A stretch of 64,000 nucleotides of DNA, taken from NCBI GenBank assembly GCA_965219455.1, contig OZ244744.1:1088001-1152000 (forward strand), given 5' to 3'. Source of the stretch: Candidatus Latescibacterota bacterium (GTDB lineage: Bacteria; Latescibacterota; UBA2968; GCA-2709665). This document shows positions 1 to 9,556 of the stretch, one piece after another; positions within the stretch are counted from its first letter, which is position 1, and every line of letters starts with the position of its first letter. The notes beneath the pieces are model-generated. The model saw nothing but the letters and a program-made list of their open reading frames with translations, did no database searches and was not told the origin of the DNA. The translations under genes and the position numbers were made by a program.

Positions 1-2
1 AC

Positions 3-665
3 ATTGTCACCGTCGGCATCCGTCGAATCAACCTGGAGGATCCCTCCGGCGAGAGCCTGATCGATCTGATCGACCGTGAGAGATATACGCTGCTGCCCAA
101 CACCGCCGGATGTTTCACCGCCCGTGACGCCGTGCTCACGGCCAGGCTCGCGCGCGAAGCCCTTGAAACCGACCTGATCAAGCTGGAGGTCATCGGCGAC
201 GAGAACACCCTCTTCCCTGACGTCGCGGGCCTGCTGGAAGCGGCGGACGAACTGATTCGGGACGGCTTTACAGTGTTGCCCTACTGCAACGACGACCCCG
301 TAACGTGCAAGAAACTGGAAGACGCCGGCTGCGCCGCGGTCATGCCGCTCGGCGCGCCCATCGGCTCCGGAATGGGCATTCGCAATCCCTACAATCTCCG
401 CATTATCCTGGACACTGTCGACCTCCCCGTTATCGTCGACGCGGGCGTGGGCACCGCCTCCGATGCCGCTGTCGCGATGGAACTCGGCTGCGACGGCGTG
501 ATGCTGAACACGGCCGTGGCCGGCGCCCGCCACCCCGTACGAATGGCCGAAGCCATGGGGCAGGCCGTCCGTGCGGGCCGCCTCGCGTACGAGGCCGGGC
601 GCATCCCGCAAAAGCTCTACGCCACGGCATCCACGCCCACAGAGGGCGCAGTCCGCCATGAATGA
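3..665 (+). CDS. thiG: Thiazole synthase, 5'-truncated by window edge
   Basis: Frame is open from base 3 ([10 protein letters not shown]...LPNTAGC). Motifs [28 protein letters not shown]. Confidence 0.95.
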   Translation: MVTVGIRRINLEDPSGESLIDLIDRERYTLLPNTAGCFTARDAVLTARLAREALETDLIKLEVIGDENTLFPDVAGLLEAADELIRDGFTVLPYCNDDPVTCKKLEDAGCAAVMPLGAPIGSGMGIRNPYNLRIILDTVDLPVIVDAGVGTASDAAVAMELGCDGVMLNTAVAGARHPVRMAEAMGQAVRAGRLAYEAGRIPQKLYATASTPTEGAVRHE

Positions 666-1323
666 GGCAGCGCGCGAACTGAAGTTGCCGCCCCTTTATT
701 TGATCGCGGACCGCGCGACGTGTGCGCCCCGCCCCCTGGAGGACGTGCTCGCGGAGGCGCTGGACGCCGGCGTCCGCCTCGTCCAGCTGAGGGAAAAGGA
801 ACTCGAAATCCACCCGCTCCGTCAACTGGCGGCGCGTCTCCAGCGCCGGGTCGAGCATTACGACGCGCGCCTGCTCGTTAACACGCATGCGGGGCTTGCA
901 CGCGATATCGGCGCGGCGGGCGTCCACCTTCCCGCATCAGGACCCGCCCCATCGAGAATTCGACAACAATTCGGAAACCACCTGCTCATCGGCCGTTCAA
1001 CCCACAACAGAAAGGAATGCGGGGAGGCCTGCGGCGCGGATTTTCTCACGTTCAGCCCGATCCATCGTCCGGGCTCGAAACCCGGATACGGTCCCGGCGC
1101 GGGACCCAGGGCCCTTCACCGCGCCACGGGATACTCATCCCTTCCTGTCTACGCACTGGGCGGCATCACGCCCGGACGGGTTTCCGCGTGCAAAGGAAAT
1201 GGCGCCGCGGGCGTTGCCGTTATGTCGGGTATCCTCGCCGCTGAAAACGTCACAGCCGCCGTCAGGGCCTATCTCAAGGCCTGGTCTTCCACACCCGAAT
1301 CCGTTTGTCCGCAGCCCACATGA
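658..1323 (+). CDS. ThiE-fold protein, probably thiazole tautomerase TenI-like
   Basis: Has QLREK, STH and ALGGI, but NT replaces ND and GVHLPAS replaces HLGQxD. ATG at 658 overlaps the thiG end. Confidence 0.75.
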   Translation: MNEAARELKLPPLYLIADRATCAPRPLEDVLAEALDAGVRLVQLREKELEIHPLRQLAARLQRRVEHYDARLLVNTHAGLARDIGAAGVHLPASGPAPSRIRQQFGNHLLIGRSTHNRKECGEACGADFLTFSPIHRPGSKPGYGPGAGPRALHRATGYSSLPVYALGGITPGRVSACKGNGAAGVAVMSGILAAENVTAAVRAYLKAWSSTPESVCPQPT

Positions 1324-2117
1324 AACAGGTCCTCTCCATTGCCGGTTCCGATTCCGGCGGGGGCGCCGGCATCCAGGCCGACCTCAAATCCTTTCACGCC
1401 AACGGCGTTTACGGCCTGTCGGTCATCACAGCGGTTACCGCCCAGAACACGAGGGAGGTCAGGAGGTCGTTCGACCTGCCCGTGGATCTTATCGAAGCCC
1501 AGATCGACGCGATATTCGATGACTTCGACGTTTCCGCGGTGAAGACCGGCATGCTCTCATCCGGGCAAACGGTCAACGTCGTCGCCGCGAAACTCGCCGA
1601 ACACCAGGTTTCCAATCTGGTGGTGGACCCGGTCATGGTCTCCTCAAGCGGCTTCGACCTGCTTGAACCGGAAGCCGCCGCGAGCGTAAAACAGCACCTC
1701 CTGCCCCTGGCCTCGCTCGTCACGCCCAACCTGCGCGAGGCTCAGGTATTGGCAGGAATGCCCGTCGAAACCCTGGAACATGCGAAGGCGGCGGCGCGTA
1801 TCATCTTCGATGCGGGCCCCGGGGCCGTGCTGGTTAAAGGCGGGCACCTGTTCGATCCCCATGCCGCGGTGGACGTGCTCTTTGACGGATCCCAGGAAAC
1901 CGTTTTTTCCGGCGAACGAATTCCTCACCGGAACACGCACGGCACGGGTTGTACCCTCTCGGCCGCCATCGCGGCAAACCTCGCCAGGGGCCAGGGCCTC
2001 GTATCGGCCGTTGAAAATGCGAAAACGTACGTCACCGAAGCCATTCGCCACGGTCTCTCCATCGGCCGCGGCCACGGCCCCACCCATCATTTCTTCTTCC
2101 TGGACGGCGACAAATGA
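1320..2117 (+). CDS. thiD: Hydroxymethylpyrimidine/phosphomethylpyrimidine kinase
   Basis: IAGSDSGGGAGIQADLK, VDPVM, TPNLREA, HGTGCT. ATGA overlap with the upstream gene. Confidence 0.95.
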   Translation: MKQVLSIAGSDSGGGAGIQADLKSFHANGVYGLSVITAVTAQNTREVRRSFDLPVDLIEAQIDAIFDDFDVSAVKTGMLSSGQTVNVVAAKLAEHQVSNLVVDPVMVSSSGFDLLEPEAAASVKQHLLPLASLVTPNLREAQVLAGMPVETLEHAKAAARIIFDAGPGAVLVKGGHLFDPHAAVDVLFDGSQETVFSGERIPHRNTHGTGCTLSAAIAANLARGQGLVSAVENAKTYVTEAIRHGLSIGRGHGPTHHFFFLDGDK

Positions 2118-2794
2118 AGAAAATCGGCGCCCTCCACATTCTTACGGACACCGATTTACAGACCCGATACACCCACGCCGATCTGGCCAGGCTGGCAGTC
2201 GCGGGCGGCGCCGACACCGTGCAATACCGACAGAAAACCGGCCACACGCGCGATATGATCGAATCCGCTCGAGCCATGCGGGACATCTGCGTCAGTTCGG
2301 GCGTTTCCCTCGTTGTCAACGATAGAGTCGACGTCGCCCTCGCCGCCGAAGCCGACGGCGTACACCTCGGCCAGGACGACTTTCCGGTTGCACTTGCCAG
2401 AAATCTTCTCGGCGCGGATCGGATTGTCGGCGTGTCCGCCGGGAATCCGGACGAAGCCCGGCGTGGCATCGCGGAGGGCGCGGATTACGTGGGATTCGGG
2501 CCCATCTTTCCAACCGGCTCGAAGAGCGACGCTGGCGACGCGCAGGGGCTGGAAAAGCTGGCCGATTTCGCCCGCGCCGTCCGGGCGCCCGTGATTGCCA
2601 TCGGCGGTATCGGCGCAGGAAACGCGGCCGGCGTGGTGACGTCCGGGGCCCACGGCATCGCCGTTATATCAGCCGTCTGCTGCCAGGCCGACCCCGAAGC
2701 CGCCACCCGAAAACTGAGCGACCTCATCCAGGCCGCTCAACCGCTCGCTCATGACCGCCAATATCTACAATCTACCGGCCCGCCTCGGGAATGA
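2114..2794 (+). CDS. thiE: Thiamine-phosphate synthase
   Basis: QYRQK, VND, GVHLGQDD, TGSK, IGGI. Confidence 0.93.
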   Translation: MKKIGALHILTDTDLQTRYTHADLARLAVAGGADTVQYRQKTGHTRDMIESARAMRDICVSSGVSLVVNDRVDVALAAEADGVHLGQDDFPVALARNLLGADRIVGVSAGNPDEARRGIAEGADYVGFGPIFPTGSKSDAGDAQGLEKLADFARAVRAPVIAIGGIGAGNAAGVVTSGAHGIAVISAVCCQADPEAATRKLSDLIQAAQPLAHDRQYLQSTGPPRE

Positions 2795-2870
2795 AGAGCA
2801 GTTCACCCGCCTCATTCCGGACCGGGGTGTGCTCATCGAACGCATCGTCTCCACCGGACAGGCCACCGGG
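2751..2870 (+). pseudogene. N-terminal fragment of a small cupin-domain protein
   Basis: NIYNLP...EEQF..L....GVLIERIVSTGQAT resembles small cupin N-termini. Similarity stops before the expected WYDQ/E-W cupin motifs. Confidence 0.5.
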
Positions 2871-2897
2871 GGCATCGGAAGGATCGGCGTTTTCTCG

Positions 2898-2926
2898 TTG
2901 ACATCCCGTTTTTGCCGGTCTATCTT
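2898..2926 (+). promoter_or_regulatory. Sigma70-type promoter
   Basis: TTGACA-17 nt-TATCTT. Confidence 0.75.
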
Positions 2927-2933
2927 ATCCCGC

Positions 2934-3049
2934 AAGCCATTGCCCAGGCACCAGAGGTAGCCAACCTTTAGCGGCACCTGAGAATCGTGCAATCGATCTT
3001 CAGCCCGCAAATACCACTACCTTGGGGCCTCTGGTAATGGCCTTTTTTT
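2934..3049 (+). ncRNA. Candidate rod-shaped small RNA, 6S-like
   Basis: Follows the promoter. Ends pair (GCCATTGCC/GGTAATGGC, AGGC/GCCT, AGGTAG/CTACCT), with a central A/C-rich bubble, an apical stem and a terminal T7 run. Confidence 0.55.
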
Positions 3050-3097
3050 GTGCGGTTCCGCAATCTGTCATCCCTCGAAAGTGAGCCGAAGGCAACG

Positions 3098-6000
3098 TTA
3101 CCGCACTGCTCTGTGGGCCGATCGCATCACCTCGAACCGATCGCCCGCATTCAGGTCGCACACCAGAAACCGGTCTCCCACCTTCAACGCGGAACCATAG
3201 CGCGGATCCTGGAACCGGAAACAGTTGATCGTACCGGTCGCCGGATCGTCGACGCCTATCGCGCTCGTGAAAGTCCGTTCTTCCGGACCGAGAATATCGG
3301 GCCCCGCCGTCTCGATAGACCCTATGGCTTTGCCTTCCGAGTGGATCGCCTTTCCGTCGAACAGTCCACCCGGGCAGGCTTCCAGCTTGGTCATGCAGGT
3401 GTCGGTCGCGAACAACCCTCTCTCCCGGTCCACGTATCGCACCACGCCCTCGGACAGATTCAGCGACATGTTCAACCGGACCCGGTGCCGGTTTCCATCC
3501 ATCGACTCAACGGAGATGACCTCACAGCTGGAATTACAGATATAGGCCGGATTCCTGAAAACGATCACATCCCCGTTCACAATCTCGTCCCCGGAATCCA
3601 GGGCCACAACGACTGACCGATCTTCCGGATCGACGGCATCCACGCGGCCGGCCGGTAACGCCGCGCCTTCAAGGACCTCGTCTCCAAATCGCAACCGGAC
3701 CCCCTGTAACACATGGAGGTCGCACCCTCCGGACTCATACACGGTAATCCTCGCCACCTCCGCGTCGAACGCCACGGGAATCCCGTCGATCTCCGCTGTA
3801 CAGACCGAACCCTTATCCAACCTGCGGAACACGTAATCGGTTCGTCCATCCAGGCATACCTTCACGCCGATGCCGCCGGAGACGGTCAATGCTTCCACCG
3901 ACCTCACGAACGGACGGCCCTGGTACGGCTCCAGCACGCCTGCGAAAAGCGTCTCGTCTTCGTCGCTCGAATGTTTGACCGCCACGCACGCATCCCAGGG
4001 ACTCTGTCCGAAAAACCCGTATCCCTCGCCCTTCCCGTGGATGATCTCCCGGTTGCGATCTCCCAGCATCGTCAGCCGAATGCCCGTATTCTCCTCATCC
4101 CCCACCCGCCACGTGGCAGACCACAACCCGTCACAGAACGTCCGGCCGACATCTTTGATAAATCCCAATCCGGGTGAGGTCCCGAATGCGACGTCCTCAC
4201 CCGCGGCCGTGCCTCGAGCCTGTCGCACCGTCTCAGTCCCCGCTGGAAATTCCATCCTGAAGTCCTCGCCGTCATCCCCGCTCAAACTCCGGAACATATA
4301 GTCGTGCGTCGCTCCGCCGCGCACGCGGAAGAGGTCAACCACGTACGCGTCGGAACCGGGCGCATCCACCATCACCAGCGTCCGTTCGTACACCTCCGCG
4401 CATCCCGGATACGCCCTTTTTCCGGATGCGCAGACGGCCTGCATTCCGGGCGTCCGCCCGTAGAACCGCAGGCTGCCCGTGGCGAGTTCCTGAGCTTGCC
4501 CGTCGATGCAAACGGTCGCATGGCTGGCGGTGTGCTTCTCCCAACCGTCCACTTTCTTGTGTGTAAACGTCGTTGGATACCCCAGATCGCACGCCAGGTC
4601 GTACCCGAACGTGATAAGGTTGATCGACAGTTTGTCCCGGTGACCGTGCCCGCCGCTGCCCTTTCCGTAATTCAATACCAGGTGCTTCCGTGACGCAATA
4701 TCGTCTCCAGTCCTCAGGATAGCCACGCCGGAATCGTGAAAGAGCGCCGTCCGCGGCACATATTTCTCGGTTTCACCGCGAACCGGATCCGCGTGAAACA
4801 AGAGGTTGGCGTCGGCGTAACGCGCTCTGACCCGGTCCACGTTCCCTTCCGAAAGCGCAAGCAGACGCTTGCGATACCCGGCGTCCCCGGTGTGGATATA
4901 TGCCAGTTCTTCAACATCGCAGTTCGCAAGCGGATCCAGCACCTTCATCCTGGAATCGCCGCCGCCCGTATCGCCGATTGCGGGAATCCGGCCATCGCAG
5001 TAGATGTTGCGGGCGAATTCTATGGACTCCCGGATTCTAAGGCGGGAATCCCGGATCCGGTCCGCGTCCTTCATCGAAAACAGGCGGTCCAGAATCGTCC
5101 GTGTAATTGAACTCACTGTGTAACCGGGTGCATCGTACCACCACTTTCCATCCCGGAACGTGTTGTTGGTCAGATTCACCGCCAACCCGCACCGCCCTTC
5201 GATGGCCTCTTCAACCAGTTCTTCATTGGCAAGCAGGTCGCCCAGCGCCCAGAGCACCAACCCCTCCCGGATGATATAGTCACCCGTCTGGATCGCCATG
5301 GCCCGGTGCAGCCACTCGTACATATATCCGAACAGATTGTGCCGAATATTGTACCGGATGTCCTCCGAATCTAATCGCCCGTCCCCGTTGTAGTCACAGT
5401 CTCCCTTCGACCTGAAGAATGCCAGGAGCGCTTCGTCTTGCAACATTGAGTCCATTACCAGGTCACAGGCCGTCATACAGTTGTAAATCGGCATCTCCTC
5501 CCAACTCACCTGCACCAGATATCCCCGCGTCAGAGGACGTTGCTCGTCCACCGTTCCATTGTAGAACCGGTAGACCTCCGCCAGCCGGTTCAGCATGACA
5601 CCCGCTCTGTGCGCGTACCGCTCGTCTCCTGTAATTGCGTAGGCGCGGGACAACTGTACTACGGCCGTGTCGCCGGTATAGGCATCAGGAGACGCGATTG
5701 TCAACTCGTAAGGATGAAAAAACAACTTTGAGAGTGCGTAATACCGCCACGCGGAATTGAAGTGGTAGATCGTACCGGGGTTGGCGAACCCCTCCGGCGC
5801 GGTCCATCCGTCGTCGTCGTCCCACACCTCCACCGGCTCTCCAGTTGCCGGATTGTGAACAACCGCCCCGTTGTACCACCACTCCCTTCCGATCACGCAT
5901 TGCCACCGGTAATCCAGCGCCGTATTCGTCCGCATGCATTTGCGACCTCCGCCGTGGATCGGACAGCCCCGCTCGTAACTGGGCGATATCGCTCGCGGAT

Positions 6001-6742
6001 TCTGCGTGGGTATCATCCCGTAGATGAACTCATCGTCCTTGTCCAGCCACCATGAGGCGTCCTTCAGAATTTTCTCCGCATGAATCCCGCCCCACGCCGT
6101 CGAAGCCCGGTTCCGCCGCGCCCGCGCGATTTCGTCCGCTCCCACCGGCCCCACCGACTGGCGTTCACCGGGCGACCGATCGATGCGGTCCAACACCTCC
6201 CGCGTGATCTCCTTCCGTGCCGCTTGAAAATTGTGCTCCCATTCCTCCCGCAGTGCATCCCTGATTTTCAGAAAATCCACCGCCGGACCTTCCGCAAACG
6301 AGCCGTATACCTCAAATTGCGCGACATGCATCCGTCCCGGCGTTGATTCCGGGCCTCCGTCCGCGTTCTGCCATATCCGTACCGCCTCGACCTGCACGGG
6401 ATCGAAAACCAGCAGAGTCTTGAACTCGGGTTCCGGGATGTCCCGCGCCACGATGGCAACCCACGCACCGTCAACCCGGCCCTGAACTTCGACCCTGCGG
6501 GAGGACTCGGGCAAACGTCCCTTCCCCCAGTAAATCTCCACCCGGTCAACCCGGGCGAGGCTCGGAAACACAACCGCCGCCCACTGCGGCAGTCGTTCCG
6601 ACGCCGAGGCCCAGGCCGTATCGCTCGTGGAGGGGTCTTCAGTCGGCCTGACACCATCGTTGATCCTGGATGCGTGGTGGTTGTACGAAATGCTGCTCAC
6701 GTACGGCCGGCTGCCATTCCTGTACAATGCCAGATTTAACAT
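3098..6742 (-). CDS. Heparinase II/III-like polysaccharide lyase with N-terminal F5/8 type C (discoidin)-like domain
   Basis: HGHRDKLSI, DLGYP, HTASHATVCIDG, YERTL/VVDLFRVRGG. N-terminal NLAL...INDG...W...VRIW...QFEVYG pattern. Confidence 0.75.
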   Translation of the reverse strand: MLNLALYRNGSRPYVSSISYNHHASRINDGVRPTEDPSTSDTAWASASERLPQWAAVVFPSLARVDRVEIYWGKGRLPESSRRVEVQGRVDGAWVAIVARDIPEPEFKTLLVFDPVQVEAVRIWQNADGGPESTPGRMHVAQFEVYGSFAEGPAVDFLKIRDALREEWEHNFQAARKEITREVLDRIDRSPGERQSVGPVGADEIARARRNRASTAWGGIHAEKILKDASWWLDKDDEFIYGMIPTQNPRAISPSYERGCPIHGGGRKCMRTNTALDYRWQCVIGREWWYNGAVVHNPATGEPVEVWDDDDGWTAPEGFANPGTIYHFNSAWRYYALSKLFFHPYELTIASPDAYTGDTAVVQLSRAYAITGDERYAHRAGVMLNRLAEVYRFYNGTVDEQRPLTRGYLVQVSWEEMPIYNCMTACDLVMDSMLQDEALLAFFRSKGDCDYNGDGRLDSEDIRYNIRHNLFGYMYEWLHRAMAIQTGDYIIREGLVLWALGDLLANEELVEEAIEGRCGLAVNLTNNTFRDGKWWYDAPGYTVSSITRTILDRLFSMKDADRIRDSRLRIRESIEFARNIYCDGRIPAIGDTGGGDSRMKVLDPLANCDVEELAYIHTGDAGYRKRLLALSEGNVDRVRARYADANLLFHADPVRGETEKYVPRTALFHDSGVAILRTGDDIASRKHLVLNYGKGSGGHGHRDKLSINLITFGYDLACDLGYPTTFTHKKVDGWEKHTASHATVCIDGQAQELATGSLRFYGRTPGMQAVCASGKRAYPGCAEVYERTLVMVDAPGSDAYVVDLFRVRGGATHDYMFRSLSGDDGEDFRMEFPAGTETVRQARGTAAGEDVAFGTSPGLGFIKDVGRTFCDGLWSATWRVGDEENTGIRLTMLGDRNREIIHGKGEGYGFFGQSPWDACVAVKHSSDEDETLFAGVLEPYQGRPFVRSVEALTVSGGIGVKVCLDGRTDYVFRRLDKGSVCTAEIDGIPVAFDAEVARITVYESGGCDLHVLQGVRLRFGDEVLEGAALPAGRVDAVDPEDRSVVVALDSGDEIVNGDVIVFRNPAYICNSSCEVISVESMDGNRHRVRLNMSLNLSEGVVRYVDRERGLFATDTCMTKLEACPGGLFDGKAIHSEGKAIGSIETAGPDILGPEERTFTSAIGVDDPATGTINCFRFQDPRYGSALKVGDRFLVCDLNAGDRFEVMRSAHRAVR

Positions 6743-7217
6743 ATCTTACCTCCTGAAGATAGGTCAGGGGTCCTGCGAAAAATTCGGCCTGATTGAATGA
6801 AATCGATCGGCAAGCGTCGAATCCGCCTCCACGACTCGGGGCGGGATCCAACAGGGAGTTTATGCGCGCCACTCGATCCTATCTATTTACCCCGATCTTC
6901 TTACCCCGAAAAAGCGAGATATCGAAACGGTCCGACCTTAAATCGCAAGAAAGTGGAATCCAGGGCAAGTTTTGTACCATTGGACAAGCCTTCAGACTTG
7001 ACATTACAGATATTTTTACGTGATTCTATCCCTGATGAATATATCGGGCTTCGTTTCTCCCAAATGCAAGGGATTTTATTTTGTGGCCTGCTCATCGCCC
7101 ACTCACGTTTCGTCCTTCAAGCTCGCCACGCCCGCGCTACAATGCGCGTTATCGAATCCATTGAAGGTCTCGCTGTCTGCGTCCTCGATCCGGTCGCTTC
7201 CGTCCTGCCCGCGTCCA

Positions 7218-9440
7218 ATGCCAGGAATGCACTCTGGCGCGGCAGTTGTCCGAAGCGTGTTACTATTGTGTTTCGTTCTCGCAATGTTCAGCACGCCACC
7301 TTCGTCTGCAAACCAGAGGCCCCGAGTCGCGGTCGTGCTGAGTGGGGGAGGCGCGCGAGGTGGGGTACATATTGGCGTATTGCGCGTGCTCGAGCGCGAA
7401 GGCATACCCATCGATTTGATCGTGGGCGCGAGTTATGGCGCTTTGGTGGGAGGATTGTATGCTGCCGGATATTCTGTTGATGATCTCGAACGCATTGTTG
7501 TAGAAACAGATTGGTGGGAAATGACCAGCAACAGCCCTGACCGCCGTCTGTTGAATTTGCATCGCAAACCAATAGTCGATCGTCAGATGCTTGCATTGCG
7601 CCTCGATAAATTGGATCTGAAATTGCCTTTCGGGATGTTTGCCGGAAAAAAAATCCAGCATTTTCTCTATCAATTGACAATAGGCGCAACCTACCGGGCG
7701 CGAAACGATTTCGATCGCCTTCCAACGCCTTTTCGCGCAATTGCAACAGATATTGTAGCTGGCGAACAGGTCGTTCTAAAAGACGGCTCGCTCGGCGCGG
7801 CAATCAGAGCGAGTATTTCTATCCCCGGGGTATTTGTGCCTGTGAGTACAGGACAAACCCTTCTTGTGGATGGCGGCATTGTCAACAATCTGCCTGTAGA
7901 CGTCGCATTGGACGCCGGCGCTGATCTGGTTATTGCCGTGGATTGTGCCACCCCTTTGCGCACTCAAATGCACGAATTCGAAAATTTTATCGACGTCATC
8001 GATCAGGCTGTCAGTTTTCGAATCGAAGAAAAGAAAATGGTAAATCGAAAACTTGCCCATGTGTTGATGGTGCCCGATTTAAAAGGATTTGATAGCGGCG
8101 ATTTTAATCGCTCACATACAGTGATCCCGATTGGTGAAGAAGAAGCCGAAAAACATCTGGATGCGATCCGGAAAGCGCTGCAAGAGCTCGGCATTTCAAA
8201 ACGCGCTGGAAAGTCAAGAACGTCGATATTGCCGGATGATTTCGACTTTAGAACCTGGGCCGATATACCATCGGATATTGTCATCGACCGGGTGCGGATT
8301 GAGGGTTTGGAGCGCTACACAAGGGGCATTTCCATTGCAAGGTTGGAAAAGTTCATTAATAAGCCGACATCGTTTCGAGAACTGGAAGGTGAATCCGGCC
8401 GGTTATATGCGACGGGATTATTTCAAACGGTCGATTACCAGGTTATCTATCATGAAGACTATACCGAAGTGGTTTTTCAGGTGCTTGAAAACCCCCCAAG
8501 TGAATTGAAAATGGGACTTCGTTACGACAACGATTTTGGGGTTTCGGCACTGGCCGAGCTTGCACACCAAAATGTCTATGGCCGTGTAGTAGAGTTTTAT
8601 TTGCGCGGTTTATTGGGCTCTACCATGAAGTTTGGTGAATTGGATTTGGTTTTTCGCTCATTCAAGGGGCTGAGTCTTCTCGGGGAGATTCACGGCTGGA
8701 AACAAGAACGGGTGGCATATTATGAAGGAGAACCCCAGCAAACGTATTACGAGAGGCGTCTTCGCGGGCGATTGGGCATGCAGATTCTGTCCCATAGCTG
8801 GGGAGGTATCAACCTGGGGTATCAACTTGAGCATATGCTCATTCGCGATGAGCGCCAGGAATATGAGTCCGACTATCTACCCGCCCTTTGGCTATCTGCA
8901 GGTATCGACACGCGAGACGATGTGTTTGTGCCAAGACAAGGCTTCTATTTTAAAACGCAGGCAAAATGGGTCCATCGGACATTTTCACACAAGCAGGTGC
9001 AGACACGGCTCGCGTACTTCGCCAGCCCCCATCCGCAGCTGAGTGTGGGCTTCTGGTCTCACGGAGGCTACGTGACACAGCCCGCACCGATTGATGAAAA
9101 CTTCCTGCTGGGTGGTGCAGGACACTTGAGCAGCGCAGCATTGCGCGTTGTCGGTCTCCGGCGAGACGAACTTTCAGCTTTCAGGTTCGTATCGGCGCGC
9201 ATTTCTATTTGGAGCCACCTGAGATTCTGGGAATCCATACAGCGCAGCGCTATTGGCGTTTTCTATCAGGGCGGGCGGTACTATTTTCCTGCCTATACGG
9301 ATCAGCCATATACCAACATTCATGGTTTTGGTATCGGGGGTTATATCAACACGAAGATTTTTGGCCCCATTCGCATTGATATTGTGAGCACGAAAAAAAG
9401 GGATGTCCAGGTTTATACCGCAATCGGATTTGCGTTTTAA
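7218..9440 (+). CDS. Patatin-like phospholipase-POTRA-beta-barrel (PlpD-like, type Vd), copy 1
   Basis: Signal peptide, GGGARG, GASYG, DGG, POTRA-like segment (LYATGLFQTV), barrel ending IGFAF. Start uncertain; ORF open from 7020. Confidence 0.88.
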   Translation: MPGMHSGAAVVRSVLLLCFVLAMFSTPPSSANQRPRVAVVLSGGGARGGVHIGVLRVLEREGIPIDLIVGASYGALVGGLYAAGYSVDDLERIVVETDWWEMTSNSPDRRLLNLHRKPIVDRQMLALRLDKLDLKLPFGMFAGKKIQHFLYQLTIGATYRARNDFDRLPTPFRAIATDIVAGEQVVLKDGSLGAAIRASISIPGVFVPVSTGQTLLVDGGIVNNLPVDVALDAGADLVIAVDCATPLRTQMHEFENFIDVIDQAVSFRIEEKKMVNRKLAHVLMVPDLKGFDSGDFNRSHTVIPIGEEEAEKHLDAIRKALQELGISKRAGKSRTSILPDDFDFRTWADIPSDIVIDRVRIEGLERYTRGISIARLEKFINKPTSFRELEGESGRLYATGLFQTVDYQVIYHEDYTEVVFQVLENPPSELKMGLRYDNDFGVSALAELAHQNVYGRVVEFYLRGLLGSTMKFGELDLVFRSFKGLSLLGEIHGWKQERVAYYEGEPQQTYYERRLRGRLGMQILSHSWGGINLGYQLEHMLIRDERQEYESDYLPALWLSAGIDTRDDVFVPRQGFYFKTQAKWVHRTFSHKQVQTRLAYFASPHPQLSVGFWSHGGYVTQPAPIDENFLLGGAGHLSSAALRVVGLRRDELSAFRFVSARISIWSHLRFWESIQRSAIGVFYQGGRYYFPAYTDQPYTNIHGFGIGGYINTKIFGPIRIDIVSTKKRDVQVYTAIGFAF

Positions 9441-9556
9441 CGTATTGGAGATTCCGGGCTTATCGGTCCTCAGACCCCGACGCGCTGAATCATTCAGGTT
9501 GTTTTTCCGATGGGTTACCCAGAAGGCGGTGGAATCCATCTAATGCAGGGAACCAG

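Noticed and set aside
2934-3049. TPP riboswitch, 5S rRNA or SRP RNA
   Set aside because: It lies downstream of the thi genes and lacks the rest of the TPP aptamer despite a CTGAGA. There is no 5S CCGAAC loop and no SRP GGAA/AGCAG helix.
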